Of a DNA stretch of 64,000 bases, positions 15,801 to 29,960 are shown one piece after another. The notes under the pieces were generated by a model. The model made no database searches. It worked only from the letters and a program-made list of their open reading frames with translations, and was not told where the DNA came from. Made by a program: the position numbers and the translations under genes. The stretch's first letter is position 1. Each line of letters begins with the position of its first letter. The stretch lies in the NCBI GenBank assembly GCA_964016885.1, contig OZ024750.1:38316001-38380000 (forward strand), given 5' to 3'. Source of the DNA: Eledone cirrhosa. Lineage: Eukaryota.

Positions 15801-18060
15801 TGTACACTGTATGTGATGTAACATGAAGCTATAGCTAACCTGTACACTGTATGTGATGTACCATGAAGCTATGACTAAACTGTACACTGTATGTGATGTA
15901 CCATGAAGCTATAGCTAACCTATACACTGTATGTGATGTACCATGAAGCTATGACAAACCTGTACACTGTATGTGATGTACCATGAAGCTATGACTAACC
16001 TATACACTGTATGTGATGTACCATGAAGCTATGACTAACCTGTACACTGTATGTGATGTACCATGAAGCTATGACTAACATGTACACTGTATGTGATGTA
16101 CCATGAAGCAATGACTAAACTGTACACTGTATGTGATGTACCATGAAGCTATGGCTAACCTGTACACTGTATGTGATGTACCACAAAGCTATGGCTAACC
16201 TGTACACTGTATGTGATGTACCATGAAGCTATGACTAACCTATACACTGTATGTGATGTACCATGAAGCTATGACTAACCCGTACACTGTATGTGATGTA
16301 CCATGAAGCTATGGCTAACCTGTACACTGTATGTGATGTACCATGAAGCTATGACTAACCTGTACACTGTATGTGATGTACCATGAAGCTATAGCTAACC
16401 TATACACTGTATGTGATGTACCATGAAGCTATGACAAACCTGTACACTGTATGTGATGTACCATGAAGCTATGACTAACCTGTACACTGTATGTGATGTA
16501 CCATGAAGCTATGACTAACCTATACACTGTATGTGATGTACCATGAAGCTATGACTAACCTGTACACTGTATGTGATGTACCATGAAGCTATGACTAACA
16601 TGTTCACTCTATGTGATGTACCATGAAGCTATGACTAAACTGTACACTGTATGTGATGTACCATGAAGCTATGGCTAACCTGTACACTGTATGTGATGTA
16701 CCATGAAGCTATGGCTAACCTGTACACTGTATGTGATGTACCATGAAGCTATGACTAACCTATACACTGTATGTGATGTACCATGAAGCTATGACTAACC
16801 CGTACACTGTATGTGATGTACCATGAAGCTATGGCTAACCTGTACACTGTATGTGATGTACCATGAAGCTCTGGCTAACCTGTACACTCTATGTGATGTA
16901 CCATGAAGCTATGGCTAACCTGTACACTGTATGTGATGTACCATGAAGCTATGACTAACCTATACACTGTATGTGATGTACCATGAAGCTATGACTAACC
17001 TGTACACTGTATGTGATGTACCATGAAGCTATGGCTAACCTGTACACTGTATGTGATGTACCATGAAGCTATGACTAACCTGTACACTGTATGTGATGTA
17101 CCATGAAGCTATGACTAACCTGTACACTGTATGTGATGTACCATGAAGCTATGACTAACCTGTACACCGTATGTGATGTACCATGAAGCTATGACTAACC
17201 TATACACAGTATGTGATGTACCATGAAGCTATGACCAACCTGTTCACTGTATGTGATGTACCATGAAGCTATGACTAACCTATACACTGTATGTGATGTA
17301 CCATGCAGCTATGACTAACCTGTACACTGTATGTGATGTACCATGAAGCTATGGCTAACCTGTACACTGTATGTGATGTACCATGAAGCTATGGCTAACC
17401 TGTACACTGTATGTGATGTACCATGAAGTTTTAGCTAACCTGTACACTGTACGTGATGTACTATGAAGCTATGACTAATCTGTACACTGTATGTGATGTA
17501 CCATGAAGCTATGACTAATCTGTACACTGTATGTGATGTAACATGAAGCTATAGCTAACCTGTACACTGTATGTGATGTACCATGAAGCTATGACTAACC
17601 TATACACTGTATGTGATGTACCATGAAGCTATAGCTAACCTGTACACTGTATGTGATGTACCATCAAGTTATAGCTATCCTGTACACTGTATGTGATGTA
17701 CCATGAAGCTATGACTTATCTGTACACTGTATGTGATGTACCATGAAGCTATAGCTAACCTGTACACTGTATGTGATGTACCATGAAGCTATGACTAACG
17801 TGTACACTGTATGTGATGTACCATGAAGCTATGACTAACCTGTACACTGTATGTGATGTAACATGAAGCTATAGCTAACCTGTACACTGTATGTGATGTA
17901 CCATGAAGCTATGACTAACCTGTACACTGTATGTGATGTACCATGAAGCTATGACTAACCTGTACACTGTATGTGATGTACCATGAAGCTATGACTAACC
18001 TGTACACTGTATGTGATGTACCATGAAGCTATGACTAACCTATACACTGTATGTGATGTA
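7420..18060. repeat. Near-perfect tandem duplication, period 5320 bp (133 monomers): ~7420-12740 and ~12740-18060
   Basis: tgtacaatgt 7601/12921, ccattaagct 8101/13421, tgtacagtgt 8921/14241, ctgactaacc 10071/15391, ccacaaagct 10861/16181, tgttcactct 11281/16601, atgaccaacc 11911/17231, ccatcaagtt 12341/17661 and atgactaacg 12471/17791 all recur at offset 5320. Confidence 0.94.
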
Positions 18061-18240
18061 CCATGAAGCTATAGCTAACCTGTACACTGTATGTGATGTA
18101 CCATGAAGTTATAGCTATCCTGTACACTGTATGTGATGTACCATGAAGCTATGACTTATCTGTACACTGTATGTGATGTACCATGAAGCTATAGCTAACC
18201 TGTACACTGTATGTGATGTACCATGAAGCTATGACTAACC

Positions 18241-20800
18241 TGTACACTGTATGTGATGTACCATGAAGCTATGACTAACCTGTACACTGTATGTGATGTA
18301 ACATGAAGCTATAGCTAACCTGTACACTGTATGTGATGTACCATGAAGCTATGACTAACCTGTACACTGTATGTGATGTACCATGAAGCTATGACTAACC
18401 TGTACACTGTATGTGATGTACCATGAAGCTATGACTAACCTGTACACTGTATGTGATGTACCATGAAGCTATGGCTAACCTGTACACTGTATGTGATGTA
18501 CCATGAAGCTATGGCTAACCTGTACACTGTATGTGATGTACCATGAAGCTATGGCTAACCTGTACACTGTATGTGATGTATCATGAAGCTATGGCTAACC
18601 TGTACACTGTATGTGATGTACCATGAAGCTATGACTAACCTGTACACTGTATATGATGTACCATGAAGCTATGACTAACATGTACACTGTATGCGATGTA
18701 CCATGAAGCTATGACTAACCTGTACACTGTATGTGATGTACCATGAAGCTATGACTAACCTGTACACTGTATGTGATGTACCATGAAGCTATGACTAACC
18801 TGTACACTGTATGTGACGTACCATGAAGCTATGACTAACCTATACACTGTATGTGATGTACCATGTAGCTATGACTAACCTTTACACTGTATGTGATGTA
18901 CCATGAAGCTATGGCTAACCTGTACACTGTATGTGATGTACCATGAAGCTATGGCTAACCTGTACACTGTATGTGATGTACCATGAAGTTATGACTAACA
19001 TGTACACTGTATGTGATGTACCATGAAGCTATGACTAACCTGTACACTGTATGTGATGTACCATGAAGCTATGGATAACCTGTACACTGTATGTGATGTA
19101 CCATGAAGCTATGACTAACCTATAAACTCTATGTGATGTACCATGAAGCTATGACTAACCTGTACACTGTATGTGATGTACCATGAAGCTATGACTAACC
19201 TATACACTGTATGTGATGTACCATGAAGCTATGACTAACCTGTACACTGTATGTGATGTGCCATGAAGCTATTGCTAACCTGTACACTCTATGTGATGTA
19301 CCATGAAGCTATGACTAACCTATACACTGTATGTGATGTACCATGCAGATATGACTAACCTGTACACTGTATGTGATGTACCATGAAGCTATGACTAACC
19401 TATACACTGTATGTGATGTACCATGAAGCTATTGCTAACCTGTACACTGTATGTGATGTACCATGAAGTTATAGCTAACCTGTACACTGTATGTGATGTA
19501 CCATGAAGCTATGACTAATCTGTACACTGTATGTGATGTACCATGAAGCTATAGCTAACCTGTACACTGTATGTGATGTACCTTGAAGCTATGGCTAACC
19601 TGTACACTGTATGTGATGTACCATGAAGCTATAGCTAACCTGTACACTGTATGTGATGTACCATGAAGCTATAACTAACCTGTACACTGTATGTGATGTA
19701 CCATGAAGCTATGACTAACCTGTACACTGTATGTGATGTAACATGAAGCTATAGCTAACCTGTACACTGTATGTGATGTACCATGAAGCTATGACTAACC
19801 TGTACACTGTATGTGATGTACCATGAAGCTATGACTAACCTGTACACTGTATGTGATGTACCATGAAGCTATGACTAACCTGTACACTGTATGTGATGTA
19901 CCATGAAGCTATGGCTAACCTGTAAACTGTATGTGATGTACCATGAAGCTATGGCTAACCTGTACACTGTATGTGATGTACCATGAAGCTATGGCTAACC
20001 TGTACACTGTATGTGATGTATCATGAAGCTATGGCTAACCTGTACACTGTATGTGATGTACCATGAAGCTATGACTAACCTGTACACTGTATATGATGTA
20101 CCATGAAGCTATGACTAACATGTACACTGTATGCGATGTACCATGAAGCTATGACTAACCTGTACACTGTATGTGATGTACCATGAAGCTATGACTAACC
20201 TGTACATTGTATGTGATGTACCATGAAGCTATGACTAACCTGTACACTGTATGTGATGTACCATGAAGCTATGACTAACCTATACACTGTATGTGATGTA
20301 CCATGTAGCTATGACTAACCTTTACACTGTATGTGATGTACCATGAAGCTATGGCTAACCTGTACACTGTATGTGATGTACCATGAAGCTATGGCTAACC
20401 TGTACACTGTATGTGATGTACCATGAAGTTATGACTAACATGTACACTGTATGTGATGTACCATGAAGCTATGACTAACCTGTACACTGTATGTGATGTA
20501 CCATGAAGCTATGGATAACCTGTACACTGTATGTGATGTACCATGAAGCTATGACTAACCTATAAACTCTATGTGATGTACCATGAAGCTATGACTAACC
20601 TGTACACTGTATGTGATGTACCATGAAGCTCTGACTAACCTATACACTGTATGTGATGTACCATGAAGCTATGACTAACCTGTACACTGTATGTGATGTG
20701 CCATGAAGCTATGGCTAACCTGTACACTCTATGTGATGTACCATGAAGCTATGACTAACCTATACACTGTATGTGATGTACCATGCAGATATGACTAACC
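18241..20800. repeat. Duplication at offset 1440 bp (36 monomers), with further partial copies at offsets 3600 (~22121-22760) and 4000 (~23041-23880)
   Basis: tcatgaagct 18581/20021/22181; tataaactct 19121/20561/22721/23121; ccatgcagat 19341/20781/23341; atgtgacgta 18811/22411; ccttgaagct 19581/23581. Confidence 0.85.
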
Positions 20801-23800
20801 TGTACACTGTATGTGATGTACCATGAAGCTATGGCTAACCTGTACACTGTATGTGATGTACCTTGAAGCTATGGCTAACCTGTACACTGTATGTGATGTA
20901 CCATGAAGTTATAGCTAACCTGTACACTGTATGTGATGCACTATGAAGCTATGACTAATCTGTACACTGTATGTGATGTACCATGAAGCTATGACTAATC
21001 TGTACACTGTATGTGATGTAACATGAAGCTATAGCTAACCTGTACAATGTATGTGATGTACCATGAAGCTATGACTAACCTATACACTGTATGTGATGTA
21101 CCATGAAGCTATTGCTAACCTGTACACTGTATGTGATGTACCATGAAGTTATAGCTAACCTGTACACTGTATGTGATGTACCATGAAGCTATGACTAATC
21201 TGTACACTGTATGTGATGTACCATGAAGCTATAGCTAACCTGTACACTGTATGTGATGTACCATGAAGCTATAGCTAACCTATACACTCTATGTGATGTA
21301 CCATGAAGCTATGACAAACCTGTACACTGTACGTGATGTACCATGAAGCTATGACTAACCTATACACTGTATGTGATGTACCATGAAGCTATGACTAACC
21401 TGTACACTGTATGTGATGTACCGTGAAGCTATGACTAACCTGTACACTGTATGTGATGTACCATGAAGCTATGACTAACCTATACACTGTATGTGATGTA
21501 CCATGAAGCTATGACTAACCCGTACACTGTATGTGATGTACCATGAAGCTATGGCTAACCTGTACACTGTATGTGATGTACCATGAAGCTATGGCTAACC
21601 TGTACACTGTATGTGATGTACCATGAAGCTATGGCAAACCTGTACACTGTATGTCATGTACCATGAAGCTATGACTAACCTATACACTGTATGTGATGTA
21701 CCATGAAGCTATGACTAACCTGTACACTGTATGTGATGTACCATGAAGCTATGGCTAACCTGTACACTGTTTGTGATGTACCATGAAGCTATGGCTAACC
21801 TGTACACTGTATGTGATGTACCATGAAGTTATAGCTAACCTGTACACTGTATGTGATGTACCATGAAGCTATGACTAATCTGTACACTGTATGTGATGTA
21901 CCATGAAGCTATAGCTAACCTGTACACTGTATGTGATGTACCATGAAGCTATGACTAACCTGTACACTGTATGTGATGTACCATGAAGCTATGACTAACC
22001 TGTACACTGTATGTGATGTAACATGAAGCTATAGCTAACCTGTACACTGTATGTGATGTACCATGAAGCTATGACTAACCTATACACTGTATGTGATGTA
22101 CCATGAAGCTATAGCTAACCTGTACACTGTATGTGATGTACCATGAAGCTATGGCTAACCTGTACACTGTATGTGATGTATCATGAAGCTATGGCTAACC
22201 TGTACACTGTATGTGATGTACCATGAAGCTATGACTAACCTGTACACTGTATATGATGTACCATGAAGCTATGACTAACATGTACACTGTATGCGATGTA
22301 CCATGAAGCTATGACTAACCTGTACACTGTATGTGATGTACCATGAAGCTATGACTAACCTGTACACTGTATGTGATGTACCATGAAGCTATGACTAACC
22401 TGTACACTGTATGTGACGTACCATGAAGCTATGACTAACCTATACACTGTATGTGATGTACCATGTAGCTATGACTAACCTTTACACTGTATGTGATGTA
22501 CCATGAAGCTATGGCTAACCTGTACACTGTATGTGATGTACCATGAAGCTATGGCTAACCTGTACACTGTATGTGATGTACCATGAAGTTATGACTAACA
22601 TGTACACTGTATGTGATGTACCATGAAGCTATGACTAACCTGTACACTGTATGTGATGTACCATGAAGCTATGGATAACCTGTACACTGTATGTGATGTA
22701 CCATGAAGCTATGACTAACCTATAAACTCTATGTGATGTACCATGAAGCTATGACTAACCTGTACACTGTATGTGATGTACCATGAAGCTATAGCTAACC
22801 TGTACACTGTATGTGATGTACCATGAAGCTATGACTAACCTGTACACTGTATGTGATGTAACATGAAGCTATAGCTAACCTGTACACTGTATGTGATGTA
22901 CCATGAAGCTATGACTAACCTGTACACTGTATGTGATGTACCATGAAGCTATGACTAACCTGTACACTGTATGTGATGTACCATGAAGCTATGACTAACC
23001 TGTACACTGTATGTGATGTACCATGAAGCTATGGCTAACCTGTACACTGTATGTGATGTACCATGAAGCTATGGATAACCTGTACACTGTATGTGATGTA
23101 CCATGAAGCTATGACTAACCTATAAACTCTATGTGATGTACCATGAAGCTATGACTAACCTGTACATTGTATGTGATGTACCATGAAGCTATGACTAACC
23201 TATACACTGTATGTGATGTACCATGAAGCTATGACTAACCTGTACACTGTATGTGATGTGCCATGAAGCTATTGCTAACCTGTACACTCTATGTGATGTA
23301 CCATGAAGCTATGACTAACCTATACACTGTATGTGATGTACCATGCAGATATGACTAACCTGTACACTGTATGTGATGTACCATGAAGCTATGACTAACC
23401 TATACACTGTATGTGATGTACCATGAAGCTATTGCTAACCTGTACACTGTATGTGATGTACCATGAAGTTATAGCTAACCTGTACACTGTATGTGATGTA
23501 CCATGAAGCTATGACTAATCTGTACACTGTATGTGATGTACCATGAAGCTATAGCTAACCTGTACACTGTATGTGATGTACCTTGAAGCTATGGCTAACC
23601 TGTACACTGTATGTGATGTACCATGAAGCTATAGCTAACCTGTACACTGTATGTGATGTACCATGAAGCTATGACTAACCTGTACACTGTATGTGATGTA
23701 CCATGAAGCTATGACTAACCTGTACACTGTATGTGATGTAACATGAAGCTATAGCTAACCTGTACACTGTATGTGATGTACCATGAAGCTATGACTAACC

Positions 23801-25129
23801 TGTACACTGTATGTGATGTACCATGAAGCTATGACTAACCTGTACACTGTATGTGATGTACCATGAAGCTATGACTAACCTGTACACTGTATGTGATGTA
23901 CCATGAAGCTATGACTAACCTGTACACTGTATGTGACGTACCATGAAGCTATGACTAACCTATACACTGTATGTGATGTACCATGTAGCTATGACTAACC
24001 TTTACACTGTATGTGATGTACCATGAAGCTATGGCTAACCTGTACACTGTATGTGATGTACCATGAAGCTATGGCTAACCTGTACACTGTATGTGATGTA
24101 CCATGAAGTTATGACTAACATGTACACTGTATGTGATGTACCATGAAGCTATGACTAACCTGTACACTGTATGTGATGTACCATGAAGCTATGGATAACC
24201 TGTACACTGTATGTGATGTACCATGAAGCTATGACTAACCTATAAACTCTATGTGATGTACCATGAAGCTATGACTAACCTATACACTGTATGTGATGTA
24301 CCATGAAGCTATAGCTAACCTGTACACTGTATGTGATGTACCATGAAGCTATGGCTAATCTGTACACTGTATGTGATGTACCATGAAGCTATGACTAATG
24401 TGTACACTGTATATGATGTACCATGAAGCTATGACTAACATGTACACTGTATGCGATGTACCATGAAGCTATGACTAACCTGTACACTGTATGTGATGTA
24501 CCATGAAGCTATGACTAACCTGTACACTGTATGTGATGTACCATGAAGCTATGACTAACCTGTACACTGTATGTGATGTACCATGAAGCTATGACTAACC
24601 TATACACTGTATGTGATGTACCATGTAGCTATGACTAACCTTTACACTGTATGTGATGTACCATGAAGCTATGGCTAACCTGTACTCTGTATGTGATGTA
24701 CCATGAAGCTATGGCTAACCTGTACACTGTATGTGATGTACCATGAAGTTATGACTAACATGTACACTGTATGTGATGTACCATGAAGCTATGACTAACC
24801 TGTCCACTGTATATGATGTACTATGAAGCTATGACTAACATGTACACTGTATGCGATGTACCATGAAGCTATGGCTAACCTGTACACTGTATGTGATGTA
24901 CCATGAAGTTATGACTAACCTGTACACTGTATGTGATGTACCATGAAGCTATGGCTAACCTGTACACTGTATGTGATGTATCATGAAGCTATGGCTAACC
25001 TGTACACTGTATGTGATGTACCATGAAGCTATGACTAACCTGTACACTGTATGTGATGTACCATGAAGCTATGACTAACATGTACACTGTATGCGATGTA
25101 CCATGAAGCTATGACTAACCTGTACACTG

Positions 25130-28100
25130 TATGTGATGTACCATGAAGCTATGACTAACCTGTACACTGTATGTGATGTACCATGAAGCTATGACTAACC
25201 TGTACACTGTATGTGATGTACCATGAAGCTATGACTAACCTATACACTGTATGTGATGTACCATGTAGCTATGACTAACCTTTACACTGTATGTGATGTA
25301 CCATGAAGCTATGGCTAACCTGTACACTGTATGTGATGTACCATGAAGCTATGGCTAACCTGTACACTGTATGTGATGTACCATGAAGTTATGACTAACA
25401 TGTACACTGTATGTGATGTACCATGAAGCTATGACTAACCTGTACACTGTATGTGATATACCATGAAGCTATGGATAACCTGTACACTGTATGTGATGTA
25501 CCATGAAGCTATGACTAACCTATACACTCTATGTGATGTACCATGAAGCTATGACTAACCTGTACAATGTATGTGATGTACCATGAAGCTATGACTAACC
25601 TATACACTGTATGTGATGTACCATGAAGCTATGACTAACCTGTACACTGTATCTGATGTGCCATGAAGCTATGGCTAACCTGTACACTGTATGTGATGTA
25701 CCATGAAGTTATAGCTAACCTGTACACTGTATGTGATGTACCATGCAGATATGACTAACATGTACACTGTATGTGATGTACCATGAAGCTATGGCTAACC
25801 TGTACACTGTATGTGATGTACCTTGAAGCTATGGCTAACCTGTACACTGTATGTGATGTACCATGAAGTTATAGCTAACCTGTACACTGTATGTGATGTA
25901 CTATGAAGCTATGACTAATCTGTACACTGTATGTGATGTACCATGAAGCTATGACTAATCTGTACACTGTATGTGATGTAACATGAAGCTATAGCTAACC
26001 TGTACAATGTATGTGATGTACCATGAAGCTATGACTAACCTATACACTGTATGTGATGTACCATGAAGCTATTGCTAAGCTGTACACTGTATGTGATGTA
26101 CCATGAAGTTATAGCTAACCTGTACACTGTATGTGATGTACCATGAAGCTATGACTAACCTATACACTGTATGTGATGTACCATGAAGCTATGACTAAAC
26201 TGTACACTGTATGTGATGTACCATGAAGCTATGGCTAACCTGTACACTGTTTGTGATGTACCATGAAGCTATGGCTAACCTGTACACTGTATGTGATGTA
26301 CCATGAAGTTATAGCTAACCTGTACTCTGTATGTGATGTACCATGAAGCTATGACTAATCTGTACACTGTATGTGATGTACCATGAAGCTATAGCTAACC
26401 TGTACACTGTATGTGATGTACCATGAAGCTATGACTAACCTGTACACTGTATGTGATGTACCATGAAGCTATGACTAACCTGTACACTGTATGTCATGTA
26501 ACATGAAGCTATAGCTAACCTGTACACTGTATGTGATGTACCATGAAGCTATGACTAACCTATACACTGTATGTGATGTACCACGAAGCTATAGCTAACC
26601 TGTACACTGTATGTGATGTACCATGAAGCTATGGCTAACCTGTACACTGTATGTGATGTACCATGAAGCTATGACTAACCTGTACACTGTATGTGATGTG
26701 CCATGAAGCTATGGCTAACCTGTACACTGTATGTGATGTACCATGAAGCTATGACTAACCTATACACTGTATGTGATGTACCATGCAGATATGACTAACC
26801 TATACACTGTATGTGATGTACCATGAAGCTATGACTAACCTGTACACTGTATGTGATGTGCCATGAAGCTATGGCTAACCTGTACACTCTATGTGATGTA
26901 CCATGAAGCTATGACTAACCTATACACTGTATGTGATGTACCATGCAGATATGACTAACCTATACACTGTATGTGATGTACCATGAAGCTATGACTAACC
27001 TGTACACTGTATGTGATGTGCCATGAAGCTATGGCTAACCTGTACACTCTATGTGATGTACCATGAAGCTATGACTAACCTATACACTGTATGTGATGTA
27101 CCATGCAGATATGACTAACCTGTACACTGTATGTGATGTACCATGAAGCTATGGCTAACCTGTACACTGTATGTGATGTACCTTGAAGCTATGGCTAACC
27201 TGTACACTGTATGTGATGTAACATGAAGCTATAGCTAACCTGTACAATGTATGTGATGTACCATGAAGCTATGACTAACCTATACACTGTATGTGATGTA
27301 CCATGAAGCTATTGCTAACCTGTACACTGTATGTGATGTACCATGAAGCTATTGCTAACCTGTACACTGTATGTGATGTACCATGAAGTTATAGCTAACC
27401 TGTACACTGTATGTGATGCACTATGAAGCTATGACTAATCTGTACACTGTATGTGATGTACCATGAAGCTATGACTAATCTGTACCCTGTATGTGATGTA
27501 ACATGAAGCTATAGCTAACCTGTACAATGTATGTGATGTACCATGAAGCTATGACTAACCTGTACACTGTATGTGATGTACCATGAAGCTATGACTAACC
27601 TGTACACTGTATGTGATGTACCATGAAGCTATGACTAACCTATACACTGTATGTGATGTACCATGTAGCTATGACTAACCTTTACACTGTATGTGATGTA
27701 CCATGAAGCTATGGCTAACCTGTACACTGTATGTGATGTACCATGAAGCTATGGCTAACCTGTACACTGTATGTGATGTACCATGAAGTTATGACTAACA
27801 TGTACACTGTATGTGATGTACCATGAAGCTATGACTAACCTGTACACTGTATGTGATATACCATGAAGCTATGGATAACCTGTACACTGTATGTGATGTA
27901 CCATGAAGCTATGACTAACCTATACACTCTATGTGATGTACCATGAAGCTATGACTAACCTGTACAATGTATGTGATGTACCATGAAGCTATGACTAACC
28001 TATACACTGTATGTGATGTACCATGAAGCTATGACTAACCTGTACACTGTATCTGATGTGCCATGAAGCTATGGCTAACCTGTACACTGTATGTGATGTA

Positions 28101-29960
28101 CCATGAAGTTATAGCTAACCTGTACACTGTATGTGATGTACCATGCAGATATGACTAACCTGTACACTGTATGTGATGTACCATGAAGCTATGGCTAACC
28201 TGTACACTGTATGTGATGTACCTTGAAGCTATGGCTAACCTGTACACTGTATGTGATGTACCATGAAGTTATAGCTAACCTGTACACTGTATATGATGTA
28301 CTATGAAGCTATGACTAATCTGTACACTGTATGTGATGTACCATGAAGCTATGACTAATCTGTACACTGTATGTGATGTAAGATGAAGCTATAGCTAACC
28401 TGTACAATGTATGTGATGTACCATGAAGCTATGACTAACCTATACACTGTATGTGATGTACCATGAAGCTATTGCTAACCTGTACACTGTATGTGATGTA
28501 CCATGAAGTTATAGCTAACCTGTACACTGTATGTGATGTACCATGAAGCTATGACTAACCTATACACTGTATGTGATGTACCATGAAGCTATGACTAAAC
28601 TGTACACTGTATGTGATGTACCATGAAGCTATGGCTAACCTGTACACTGTTTGTGATGTACCATGAAGCTATGGCTAACCTGTACACTGTATGTGATGTA
28701 CCATGAAGTTATAGCTAACCTGTACTCTGTATGTGATGTACCATGAAGCTATGACTAATCTGTACACTGTATGTGATGTACCATGAAGCTATAGCTAACC
28801 TGTACACTGTATGTGATGTACCATGAAGCTATGACTAACCTGTACACTGTATGTGATGTACCATGAAGCTATGACTAACCTGTACACTGTATGTCATGTA
28901 ACATGAAGCTATAGCTAACCTGTACACTGTATGTGATGTACCATGAAGCTATGACTAACCTATACACTGTATGTGATGTACCACGAAGCTATAGCTAACC
29001 TGTACACTGTATGTGATGTACCATGAAGCTATGGCTAACCTGTACACTGTATGTGATGTACCATGAAGCTATGACTAACCTGTACACTGTATGTGATGTG
29101 CCATGAAGCTATGGCTAACCTGTACACTGTATGTGATGTACCATGAAGCTATGACTAACCTATACACTGTATGTGATGTACCATGCAGATATGACTAACC
29201 TATACACTGTATGTGATGTACCATGAAGCTATGACTAACCTGTACACTGTATGTGATGTGCCATGAAGCTATGGCTAACCTGTACACTCTATGTGATGTA
29301 CCATGAAGCTATGACTAACCTATACACTGTATGTGATGTACCATGCAGATATGACTAACCTATACACTGTATGTGATGTACCATGAAGCTATGACTAACC
29401 TGTACACTGTATGTGATGTGCCATGAAGCTATGGCTAACCTGTACACTCTATGTGATGTACCATGAAGCTATGACTAACCTATACACTGTATGTGATGTA
29501 CCATGCAGATATGACTAACCTGTACACTGTATGTGATGTACCATGAAGCTATGGCTAACCTGTACACTGTATGTGATGTACCTTGAAGCTATGGCTAACC
29601 TGTACACTGTATGTGATGTAACATGAAGCTATAGCTAACCTGTACAATGTATGTGATGTACCATGAAGCTATGACTAACCTATACACTGTATGTGATGTA
29701 CCATGAAGCTATTGCTAACCTGTACACTGTATGTGATGTACCATGAAGCTATTGCTAACCTGTACACTGTATGTGATGTACCATGAAGTTATAGCTAACC
29801 TGTACACTGTATGTGATGCACTATGAAGCTATGACTAATCTGTACACTGTATGTGATGTACCATGAAGCTATGACTAATCTGTACCCTGTATGTGATGTA
29901 ACATGAAGCTATAGCTAACCTGTACAATGTATGTGATGTACCATGAAGCTATGACTAACC
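25130..29960. repeat. Tandem duplication, period 2400 bp (60 monomers)
   Basis: atgtgatata 25451/27851, atctgatgtg 25651/28051, tgtactctgt 26321/28721, atgtcatgta 26491/28891, ccacgaagct 26581/28981 and tgtaccctgt 27481/29881 all recur at offset 2400. Confidence 0.92.
26641..27120. repeat. Nested 160-bp (4-monomer) unit repeated three times, copied again at ~29041-29520
   Basis: atgtgatgtg at 26691/26851/27011 and ccatgcagat at 26781/26941/27101. The same pattern appears 2400 bp downstream. Confidence 0.88.
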
